DNA of 64,000 nucleotides from Monocercomonoides exilis PA203. Taxonomy: Eukaryota > Protista > Preaxostyla. The translations under genes were made by a program, and so were the position numbers. The notes below the pieces were generated by a model, which saw only the letters and a program-made list of their open reading frames with translations, had not been told where the DNA came from and did not search any database. Positions 31,411 through 42,404 of this stretch are shown here, piece by piece (within the stretch, counting starts at the first letter, position 1; each line of letters starts with the position of its first letter). The stretch covers positions 124,001 to 188,000 of the forward strand of contig LSRY02000059.1 in NCBI GenBank assembly GCA_001643675.2, read 5' to 3'.

Positions 31411-34400
31411 CAAACCTCCTCGTCACTCTGCCAGTGACGAGCCTTTTTTTCTTCAGTGACTGACGAATTGATAATAACTTTGTCACTTTATGATTTAATC
31501 GAAAGTTCTTTTTCTTCTGCTGGCTTGTCCATACAGAAAAATAAATTTTGTTGTCCTTTTGAAAAAATATTTATTAAAAATTTGAAACAAATAGTTTTTT
31601 ATCCAAACTTGGATCTCAATTCTAAATTTTGGATAAGAATTTTGATCTTGTCAGTTAATGATTTTTTTGATCGTAACTTTTTCAGATCTTTTGTCACTTT
31701 CCAAAAATTTGTCACTTTCGTCACTGTCAAGTCACTTGTCAATTCTTAATGCAAAACAAAATATTGGTTTCTCGGATTCGATAAATGGAGATATTTTGAG
31801 CGTTGATGAGATAATCGTGGAAATTTCAAATTCATTCATGCTCTGATAATTGAATGAAGTGCTCAAAGCTGTAAGCAATGGTGAAAAGATATTTGACTTA
31901 CTAGAAAGAATTAATTTTGAAAAATTGTTTTGTTTCAAAGAAGATATTCATTATCATGAAAAAATGAACATCAAATACGAAGGAATTCATTGGAGTATAA
32001 AAATAATTGTGCAGGTCGCAAATAACAATATTTGTGAAGCGAAGGAGGGACATGCCGATGATGATGATGCGAATTGCACGAGTTCTTTTCAGCCAGTGAA
32101 CTGAGTCTATTTTCATGTTTAAGTATTGAAAATAATGCATTTCGCAGAATATTCAATACAGTGTTCAACTATTGATATTTTCGACTGATTTACAGCATCA
32201 GAGAAACTTGATTAAACTTGTTCGGTCAAGGAAAAAAGAGCTTATTAAACTTTGTTTGTTGTCGTATTTATCAACTTTTGATAAAATGAAATGGACAAAT
32301 GCGTGATTGATGATGTTTCAAATAATCCTAACTCCATATTTTCAGAGAAAGTGATATCTTCAATATATTCTCAACATTTTTAAATGGTCCAATCCAATTT
32401 CTGTTCAGCAAATTTTTTTGAAATCGATTATTTTCAAGGGATTGCAAAGTGGTTGGGGAAAAACGTCAGAGCTTATCAATTGAGAAAAGAACTGTTTGTA
32501 AGAATTGTAACATTGTGAAAGAATCTTTTTTCAGATCATTTTCATTTCTTATTAGAAATAAACATGCGAATTTTTAATGTGATATCTCATATTTTTTCAA
32601 AACGAAAATTATTTTTCTTTCTTCAGTCAATAATCATAATTTCACCTATCTCTTCTCCTTTTCTTGCCATTTCTCTCCCGATAGGCATATTGCCTTTTTT
32701 CGCCTTCAAGCAGTTCAATCTCAATAAATGCACACGCAGTTCCTGTTGAATTCAACAAGATGATGTAATCAACCTATCTGGTGCTGCTTCAAAAAGCATT
32801 CACTCTGCTCTCTCCTCTATTTCTACAAGCGCTTGATGTGGAATTTTCTTTAGAAGCACAATACAATGAAAAATGATTATCAATGCTTCCATATTCTCAG
32901 CACTCAGCTGAAAGATGGCTGGAATCTGCTTTCGGATGTACGAGAAGCTTCTTTTACAGACGGTGTGGACGAAAGAAAGAAGAAGGAAAGGCAAGATTGG
33001 AGTGTGTGTGGAGTGTTTGAGAAAGAGAGGTGGAAGAAGTGGAAGAAAGCGATGGATGCGAAGCGGGAGGCGGTATTGTTTCCATTGAAAGAAATGCAGA
33101 GAGAAGGAAAAATTGTAATGAGTGTGTAGAAGTGGCAAATCAGCGTTTAAAGGACTTTTTGTTGATTGACAAATCTTTTATGAAAAGGAGATGATAATGG
33201 AGTATTCGAAGAGCATTATTTTCGTTTAAAGAAGAAGAAGAAGAGGAGGAGTAGAAGGAAGAAGAAGAAGAAGAAGAAGAAAAAGAAATAGAAGAGGATG
33301 ATGATGAAATTAAGTGATGGTTGTCAATTCCATCTTCGTGTGTGAAGAACCCAGGGTTTTCAATGTTCCCTGGCATGCATGGGGTAGCCTTGGTGACTGT
33401 TGCATTCATGCAGGTGTATGTGCTTGTGCTTGTTTCCGAGAAGAGAAAGGATAATGTTGCTGCTGATGTTGCTTGAAGTGTGTGGAGCCTTCTATCCACA
33501 TATTCCCCATGTTTTATATTGGCTGATATTCAAACTCAGCATTCCTTTGAATATTTGCTATGATCGGTGAGTAACACACAATCGTCCCTTGCACTGGCTC
33601 TCTTCCACAATCGTAACATCCATACTGCATCCCTCTCCGCGTGCTCCTCCATATCCTCCGTTTGTTCCTCGTTCTCCTTTTCATCTTTCTCCTCCTTCCC
33701 ATCGTCGCAAACCACTCAAATTCATCAACTTCTTCCGTGAGCGATGCCATTACCGCTTTGGCTGCTGCTGTTGTTACCGATTCATCATTTTGCATTCGCC
33801 ATTTGGATATCTTCTGCCATCTTCCACATTAAAGCTCTCCTTCAGCCTCTCCCTCTTCCTCTCCGCCAAGCAATATCTCTTTCTCTGTTGATCCCTCCTC
33901 TCTCGATTCCCCTTGACAGCCACATATCATCTGCAGCAATTTTCCTTCCCTGTCTTATCATAATAACTGATTGTGCAACAGATTCACCTGACTGCTGCTG
34001 GCTGAACGCGCTCCTTCACTGGACGTTCTTGCTCTCCTGTGCTTCCCCTCTAGTGACAGAATCTGCTCCAATTCGATTACCAAAGAACTATCCAGCTCGC
34101 GCAGTATAGCCTTCAGCTTCATCGGTGTCTCTTTTGTATCGGAGTTTTTCTTTGCAGAGATTCTCTGTGCGTTCTCTTCTTTTGCAATATTCTTCAGCTG
34201 CCGCCACATCACTGACCGATCAACAATCACACAAAACTTGTCCAACAGAGCATTGAACTGATCCATTTCCACTTTCCTCAAAAAATTCGTCCAATTATCG
34301 CATCCGACCTCTTTCTTTTGTTGCAGCTTATTCTCCCCCACCAGCTCTCTCGCTTTCCATTGATCCAGTTGCTCCACATTTCTTCTCGAAGTATCTCCAC

Positions 34401-35067
34401 TCATCGGTTCTGAGAAATATTTTCAGAGTTTCGATGATGCTCAGGCTGCTTAGGAATATGTTTAAGATAGCTTTTCACTTTTATTCTCTTCTTTCCATTC
34501 TTCTCTTTTCTTCTTCTCCAATTTCTCAAACAATCACGGTATAGTTGATTTAAACTCTTCTTCCACATATTCTCTCAAATATCCTTCGAAAAAAAAGCAG
34601 AACAAAAAGGCAATTATTCTGTCACGCAACTTGCTGGAACTGGATTGAAAGAAGAAAATGATAAAATCAATCTTTAATTACTGAATGATGACGTGTTAGA
34701 AAATGGATAGTCATGAAGAATTCCAATCCCATAGCTTGTGTTGATGGCAATGTATCTTTTTGGGGATAACGAACGATTTCGCTATGCTTTTCAACAAAGT
34801 AAATCTATCAAAAGCAGTTATTGTTCAATTTGGAATCCGGAAAAAATATACATATATTGCATGAATCTATATTTGATGTCATAATCATTTCAATAAATCT
34901 CTTTCGAAATTTGACAGAATTTATGGTGTTATTCTTTCGAAAGTCAAACGATGAATTTTGATAAATTTAATATGGGTTATGCAAGAGATAATTTCTTTGA
35001 ATATTTTGGGAATAATAACACGAATCATTTTTATGTTATTATGCCACTCAATCAATCAAATTTTTCA

Positions 35068-35105
<38 letters not shown>

Positions 35106-35156
35106 GACGAAGTGACTGACGAATAATTTTGTTTTTCGGGGTGACGCAGAGGTTTA
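31411..35156 (+). mobile_element. hAT-like DNA transposon (3746 bp), decayed, with internal cargo
   Basis: Perfect 8-bp TSD GAGTTTTG (31403-31410 and 35157-35164). Imperfect TIRs CAAACCTCCTCGTCAC / GTGACGCAGAGGTTTA. Clustered subterminal GTCAC/GTGAC motifs at both ends. The interior has only stop-riddled coding-like remnants, so the strand is tentative. Confidence 0.8.
35069..35103 (+). repeat. Poly(A) tract, 35 nt
   Basis: Uninterrupted A35 immediately inside the right subterminal repeats of the hAT-like element. Confidence 0.95.
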
Positions 35157-35689
35157 GAGTTTTGATCAAAAAATAAGTCTCAATGGGATTTTGAATAATT
35201 GAATTTTTACTGATAATTCACTTTGTTCTTGATGTTGTTATTGCAGAAACATTATTGTCACCATAATCCCATTGAGATAAAAATTTTGATCAAAACACGA
35301 ACGAACGTGTGATTTCAAAAAGGATGAGCCACGTCTTCATCCTCAACCGGATGTATTTTCACTCAAGTTTTTTCCTCAATTTTTGTCTTCAAATAACAAA
35401 TTCGAGAATCTCCAAAGAAAAAATAATTGCTGAAAACAAGGAGGCTTCAGACAATTCTTCCTTTTATCTCTCAATGAAGCTAACTGTTTTGGAGACTGAA
35501 TTGGATAAACAATATTGGATTCAGAGTCGCATATAATTTTCATGTTGTTTGTGTTCATTTTTTTATTTGGTGGTTGTGTGATATGTGATGAATGCGATGG
35601 TCGAAATACAACAATTTTTTTGGACTAGCTCTAAAGAATTTTTGTTTTTTTGAGTCGAAGCTCAGTTAGAATGGTGCAAATTTTTTTTA

Positions 35690-35810
35690 TTTATGAAAAA
35701 AATAACAATTTATTCCAAACTTTTTCTCCAACCTGATCATTATTATTCTTCCATTCTAATGTCAAAAAATATACAGAAAAATTCAAAAATTTGGACAAAA
35801 TTATTTGCTT
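35690..35810 (+). repeat. Dispersed AT-rich repeat, copy 1 (shorter, more degenerate)
   Basis: Shares TTCCAAACTTTTT..CAACCT..TCA...CATTC..ATGTCAAAAAA.ATACAGAAAAATTC with 37073-37255 and 55748-55928. Confidence 0.6.
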
Positions 35811-37072
35811 CAGGCATTTTCAGTGAAAAATTATGCACTTTTCATTGACTTTTTAAGATCAAAGAACACAATAAAAATGGGTTCATTTTTTGACATTCGT
35901 GAAATATCACAATACTTTCTGTTTTGATTTCAATGATGTCTGCTTTCGGATATGCAAATCATATTTATTTTGAAATCTGAGAAAGTGAAATAAAGTTATG
36001 AGCGAAGCAATTTTTCTAAGCCTTGTGCATCAAATGCTTGGAAGTCCATATTTTCCCCCATATCATTTATATCAGTTTATTAATTGAGAATCTTTTTTAT
36101 TCTTAAATCGAGAAAGAAAAGAAAAGTTGTGAGAAAAAGTTATTTTTTTGTTCTTTGTGACAAAAAAAACTTGAATGTTCATATTTTCCCACATATAAAA
36201 AAATGAAAGACATTCGAATGATAATTTTTGATATCAAATTTTTGATTTCAATAATTTCAGTTCGAAAATATCCCTTGAATATCAACAAAGGAACACTGAA
36301 AAATGAGAAGGCTAATAAAAGACATCTTCATCTTTATTTGAGTCAGAACATTTGTTTTTTCAAACAGTTGTGATGAAATTTCCATTTGAATACAAAATCT
36401 GTTCCCAATGACCAACAACATCTAAAAAAAATAATACCCCGAAAAAAGTTAGGATTTCAAGGCAAGTGGAGTAGATCCTGGTACCAAAGTGATCCTACCC
36501 ACTATTTATATCATTTTCATATTGAAAATCTCTTCTTGGGTTAACCCTAACACTAGTTTAACTCGTCAAAACTCTAAAACCTAATAAGCACGATAAGAAT
36601 ATTTATCAGAATATAAATAATTTAGGGAGTTGATCATGTGGAACCAGAATCTTCTTTATTTGCCAATTTCAATAAAAATAACCCATATCAAACATCACAA
36701 GTTTCATTAACTTTGCTCTTCAACTCTTTATGGATTCATTGAAAAAAATTTTTCAAATGAACATTTTACAATGATCATCAAAGAAATAAGATATATTCAT
36801 TTATTTCATATTCTTTTTTTTTGGAAAATGAGCATGATTAAATGTTTTATTGAACTCCAATGAAAGATTGATCATTTTCTGTGCGAAAAAAACAATTTTG
36901 AATTAATAAAAAAAAATAAATAAAATATTAATTTTAAAATCTGAACAAATAACTGCAAAAATTTTTGATAAACAAAAAAAAAAATGCTTTTCATTTTTAT
37001 CAGGAGAAAAAATTTTTTTATCTACAAAAATTTTTTTAAACATCCTTTTTAAAGTCTAAGAAACTATTAAAT

Positions 37073-37255
37073 AAGGCAAAATTTTTTCTTTTTTTGAAAA
37101 AAACAACCATTTGTTCCAAACTTTTTTCACAACCTTATCATAAGAAATCTAACATTCCCATGTCAAAAAAATACAGAAAAATTCCAAAACTGAGATAAAT
37201 ATTTGATAGAGTAGATTGGAACAAAATTCTTAAAGGAAAAAAATTTTTCCCAAAT
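37073..37255 (+). repeat. Dispersed AT-rich repeat, copy 2
   Basis: Aligns by eye over ~180 bp with the reverse complement of 55748-55928 (GGCAAAATTTTT...ATTTGTTCCAAA...CATTCCCATGTCA.AAAAATACAGAAAAAT). Confidence 0.7.
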
Positions 37256-37318
37256 ACAGAAATCATTAAGAATATTAATTCTTATGTTATATTAAGAACT
37301 AAAATCGGTTTCTCACAA

Positions 37319-37391
37319 GCCCTAGTAGCTCAATTGGTAGAGTGTCAGACTGAAGATCTGCAGGTAGTTGGATCGAAACCGACCTGGGGCA
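37319..37391 (+). tRNA. tRNA-Phe (GAA), intronless, atypical T-loop
   Basis: 73-nt cloverleaf: acceptor GCCCTAG/CTGGGGC, D arm GCTC/GAGT, anticodon loop CT-GAA-GA, T stem GTTGG/CCGAC, discriminator A. A T6 Pol III terminator follows at 37398-37403. Confidence 0.92.
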
Positions 37392-37728
37392 ATTTCCTTT
37401 TTTGAAGTATTTTGTCACTCTTTTATGAAAATGTTTTCAAAACATGTATTTCTTGTTTATCCGATATGTTTTTATTTATTTCAGAATTTAAATTGCTTTC
37501 ATGCAATGTTCATATTAGTGCTAACAGTCAAAGACAAGCATTAAGATTAAGAAGAAAAACAAAAATATAAAAAAATGGGTGAAATTGATGATGTGTTTAA
37601 AATGAAGAATCTCTTTTTAGAAATAATGATACATATAAAATTTGAAAAGATAAGCAATGCCTATGATTAATTTAAACTCTCGAAGAAAATGGAAAGAAAA
37701 AGAATGATAATATCCACACATCAAAAAT

Positions 37729-40700
37729 TTACAATTTCATAAGCAATCCAGTTCCATAAAATATGGTGTTAATAAGAACAAACGAAACAATTGTTACAAC
37801 GCCACCATATTTGAAAAAGTCTTTGGGTGTTAGATAACTTTCATGCTTTGAATTTTCCACAGCAAAACATGACATGTTTGGGAAAGATGCGACTGAAAGG
37901 AGCATAGGCGGAGACACATGAAGTGCACAAGCCATAAGCTATTCATTTTGATAAATAAAATAAAATAAAGAGAAAGAGAAAGAGAGAATGAAGATCAGAT
38001 AGTCAAAGAAAAGCAACATACCACCAGCTCAATATGAGGTGCAGCGTCGCCCATCACCGAATTGACAATTGGAATAAGAACAATAGCAGCCACTGTGTGT
38101 GATACAAAGATAGAGACAAAGGCAACAATGGCAGTCAAAATGAGCAGCTGGACAAAGAGATTCAAGGAAGAGAAGGTTGGTCCAAAGAGCTCTGAGATCA
38201 AGTCCAGCAGATGAGAAGATTTGATTGACTCGCCCAGTGCTCCTCCGCCCATCACAAGAAGGATCATATTCCACGGCAGCTCAGCGATGTCTGTGCGGGG
38301 CACCAAATTGAACCCGAAGAAGACACACACAGGAATCAGCCCCACAAGCGCCTCGTTGCCGAGGAAGGGGGCGTAGGGGATGATGAACCAGAACACGATT
38401 GTGATGAGAGAGACAACGGCCACAACAATCTGCTTCAGCGTCCATGGCTCTTTTGGCGCTGGCGTGTATGGCACTTCTTTGATGTCGATTTTGTAGAAGA
38501 GGAAGAGAAACAGAAAACATACAATTGTCGACACAAGAGTAACAGGAAGAGCACCGATAGTCCTAAAAATGAATGCAACATCGAAAAAAAAAATAATAAA
38601 CAAATAAACGAAGCAAAGGAGAGCATATGTTTAATTATGAAAATAAACATTTTTAAAAGACAAAATGTTGAATAAGCACAAAACACATTGAAACAGTTAA
38701 TGCAAAACAAATAAGAGAAATTACAAACCATGTTCCAAAGTTGATTTTGGAATGCTCGCCGATTGCCTTTTGGATGGAGTCCAGCCCCACCATGCTCTGT
38801 GGAGAGGCGAGCGGACAGGCCATCCCCGCCAAGTTCCCAGTCATCGCAATTGTCAGCAGAAGCATCTTTGAAAAGCCTCCTTTCACAGGCACCTCTCTCA
38901 GCACAGGGAGAACCAGAGACAGAACAAGCACAGTCGACGAGATGTTGGAGATGACCATCGTCAGCACATACTCCAGCCCCGTCGCTATCAAAAGAAACAC
39001 CACTGGCTTTCGCGCCACTTTGAACTGCAGCAGCGCAACTGCTATCTTCATGTCCAGTCCTGTATGCCGCATGGCGAGTGCAATGGTGTACCCTCCCATC
39101 GCCAAGTAAGGTGTGTCTGAGATCGTCGATTCCACCAGACGCCGGCTGTTCTCTTGGAATGTTCCCCCAAGCAGCAGCAGCCAGTTTGCCACGACTGGAA
39201 TCATCAGCCCTGTTATGTGCGTGGGCAGCGCATCAAACGCCCACAAAATGGATGCCCAGGCAAGAAGCCCCAGACATCTCATTTGAGTGGCGATTTTCTT
39301 GTTCCACGGGACGACACCCATCACAAGCAGCACCACAAAGGCGATGATGACCCAATGGTACTTCACTTTGAAATAGAGAGGAGCAGGTGCAGCAGGCGAG
39401 GAGGCAGGAGGCACCGAGGCAGAGGAAGACGAATGCGCCAATGCAGAAGATGTTGACTGAATGTCAGAAATCGAACCATTCACACTTCCTTTGAGCAGAT
39501 CAGCTGAAGAGGAGGAGGTGTGGAAGATGGACTTTCCCAGCTTTGAAGTGTTTTTGGCGAAGAATCCGTTCTTTCCGCGGTCAGCGCTCATTGAGCCAAG
39601 TCCCGATGACAGCGACTTCGAGCCAGAAATGCTCGACATCGACTTCGCCGACGTGATGCGCCTCAGACCGTTCTCGATGTCTTCTTCTTCTCTCTTCCGC
39701 TGCTCTTTTTCTTTCTGCTTTGCTTCGCTTCCTCGCTTGAAGTCGAACATCCCTTTGCTCATCATGTCCACAATCCCTGCTGGCACAGACGCCTGTTTCT
39801 GGTAAGCAAGATACTCATTCAGAATCGAGTTCTTCTTCCACGCTATCTGTGCCTCAGTCGACGAGTGGATTTCGTTCTGCAGTTCTGCTTGCAGCTGCTT
39901 CAGCCCTCCTTCGCTTTCTGGCCCGCGCTTGACAAGCCCTGAGCTGCTCGTGACAAGCGTGGCACGGCGGCGGATGGGCTCTTCTGGCTCAAACAAGTCC
40001 GTTGTGCTTTTGGAGGCAAGCGGAGATTTGCTGATAAGCTTCTTTTTTGGCTGAGAGTCCTTCTCAGTTTTCAGTGCCTCAGAAGCTGAAATAGTGCCCA
40101 GTGCTGCCATCGTTGCCCACTTACCGCTTGAAAACGTCGACACGTACAAGTCCTCGATGGTGTGGATGATTGCTGGCACGTCTCCAACAGACTCCAACAG
40201 TTCTTCAGATTCACTCTGAAGCATGTCTGAAGAGGGTTTAACAAGACATACAGGTTTTCCTGTCTGCGGATCTTGCTTTGTCACTGTCTTTCTGTACTTT
40301 TTGATCAACTTCGCAATGCCCTCCGAATTTATCATCATAAAATGTGAAAGCTCCGTAGCATCAACACAGAGATCCAAAAATGCTCTCTTCAGAACAACAG
40401 TTGTTCCGCGAGTAGCCACTTGCCGCTCAATGTCAACTCTGAGCGAAGTGACTCGCTCCATCATCGCAGATACACCTTCAGTTCCGAATTGAGTAACCTT
40501 TACCACTTCCTTCCGAAACGCTTTTTCCCATTCTGCAATTCCTTTATCAAGAAGGGCTTTCTCCTTTTCTGATAACTGAACTGAAGATATGTCATAATTC
40601 ATTGTTGATTCATCAGAGGCTTCAACATCATTTGAAGATTGATGTGCCATTGAAAAAGGCGAAGATATTTCTGTTGAAGAATTTCCATCACTTTTGACTG

Positions 40701-41293
40701 TTTGCTTTTGAAAAATTTCTGTCTCAATTATTTCACCTTGCGACTGAGACGAAGAAGCCGAGAGTTGAGGGGGATGAGGTGATTGAGATGGAGATAAAAC
40801 AACATCTCCATTGATAGAACCTGATATTTCTGTTATTGTTTCTAAATCATGAGACGAAGACGAAGAGCTTTCAGAAGCAGATGATTGTGCTGTCGTGTCG
40901 TTTGTGTCATCAATATTCTTCGACTTTTGAAGCAATGGAGTCATAAGAGAATCATTGGCATTATCAAATTTCCGCCCACCAGATTGCATGAAATTAGATT
41001 TTGAAAACCCTGAAGGATTATGCAAAGACGATGATTCAGATTTACTTTGCGAGCTATTTGAAAGAAAAAATGTGTCAGGGGAAATATGCTGGGGGCTGAT
41101 GGAATGAATCAATCCTTCCTCTTGGCCACCATTTACAAAAACTTCGAAATATTCTTTTAAAAGATGTTTCAAATGTGCATACTTCAGAATAAACATAAAA
41201 TATAAAATCATAAAATTTGCTAAAGCATACATCAACGTAGTGGCGTTTCCATCTTTCCACCATCAGAAAATTAAGTTGATGGCTAAATTTCAT
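37729..41293 (-). CDS. SPX-domain SLC13/DASS-family low-affinity phosphate transporter (Pho87/Pho90/Pho91-like), 4 exons
   Basis: Exons 41293-41231, 41181-38729, 38562-38022 and 37938-37729 (GT-AG). SPX motifs MKFSHQL...W..HYVDYAHLKHLLK and INSEGIAKLIKKY. Transporter motifs ISNISSTVL, GNLAGMACPLASPQS, LPWNMILLVMGGGALG, FVSHTVAAIVLIP and SFPN. Confidence 0.92.
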
Positions 41294-41521
41294 GTTGACT
41301 TTTGTTTGAATGGTTTATGTCCAATCGTTAAAGAAGAAAGAAAACGTTGCCTCCAAAGATGATCTAACCAAAACAAAATATAATTGATCCATATTGAATT
41401 TTTGATTCATTTCAAAATTCAACTAAAATACATAAATATAAAAGAATGTGAAGTGAAGCATTATGAAATGATAAATACGATTTATTAAAAAAATTTTTTT
41501 ATTTTAGATTCATTTGTCAAA

Positions 41522-42099
41522 TTATTCCGTTTGGCTTATATTTGTCTTATTTTTTGCTTTTTGCTTCATTCTTCGTACCTAAATACATAAAATTTAATGA
41601 ATGATAAAATAATTCAATAAATAAATACTCTCATTGTAGCAGCCTTTACTCTCTTTTTTGTTATTCTTTCGATTCTCTTAGGATTTTTCCCTCCTCCTCC
41701 AGCTGTTTGTTCAACATTTATCTGACGTCCATTAAAGTTTGTATGATGAAGATGAATTGCTTTTATAAGAGAACCAGAATCCGCGAAATCAATAAAACAA
41801 CATCCTCTTGGATCCCCATTTTTGTGCGTTAACAGTCGTATAGAAAGTATTTCACCGCATTTTGAAAAGAAGTTTTTTATTTCTTCAACTGTCGTTGAAA
41901 AGGGCAAATTTCCAACAAATGCAATATATCTTTTTTTCTGATCCTTTTTATCCTTCTGTTTTGTCGATGCTTTCAAAGTATTTTCTGTTTTCGTAGGAGA
42001 TGAAGGTTGCAACGTTTCTTTTTTTAACTTTTCACCAATAGTTTCCCCAATGTTTGTTGTTAATGGAGAAGATTTAGGAGGTTTTAGTATCTTTACCAT
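41522..42099 (-). CDS. NOP6: Nop6-like nucleolar RRM protein; intron 41628-41579
   Basis: RNP2 AFVGNLPF and RNP1 RGCCFIDF, followed by the Nop6-type INVE.T.GGGG...R.E.I..K tail and a Lys-rich N-terminus. Confidence 0.75.
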
Positions 42100-42404
42100 C
42101 AAAAAATATTTATTGAGGGAATAGTGAAGTTATTTATGATATATTTGTGAATCTTAAAATATTATCGTTTAATAAGGATTTGCACTCATTCAAAATGCTG
42201 TTTTTAAAAATATTTGCACAAAAGAATAATTGTGAACAATTAATCATTTTTTGATCATTTCTTTTCCAAATTCAGTTGAAGGATAATTATTTCCTGAAAA
42301 AACCCTGACAAATCAGAATGTTATAAATTAAAATTTAAAATTCAAAAATTGAAACGACTTAACTAAAGATTTCTTGATTTTGGAGATTATTGAGAACAAT
42401 CAAA

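Larger units (their letters stand above)
31371..35330. mobile_element. ~206-bp MITE with ~66-bp TIRs (31371-31410 + 35165-35330), split by the hAT insertion
   Basis: Removing 31411-35164 restores GGCTGATCCTTTTTGAAATCATGCTTTCGTTCGAGTTTTGATCAAAAAATAAGTCTCAATGGGATT, which pairs with AATCCCATTGAGATAAAAATTTTGATCAAAACACGAACGAACGTGTGATTTCAAAAAGGATGAGCC at 35265-35330. Confidence 0.8.

Noticed and set aside
36466-36560. Imperfect hairpin (36466-36502) and GGGTTAACCCTAACACTAGT as a Helitron 3' end or telomeric seed
   Set aside because: The palindrome is only 10 bp, there is a single telomere-like unit, and no 5' end or second copy was found.
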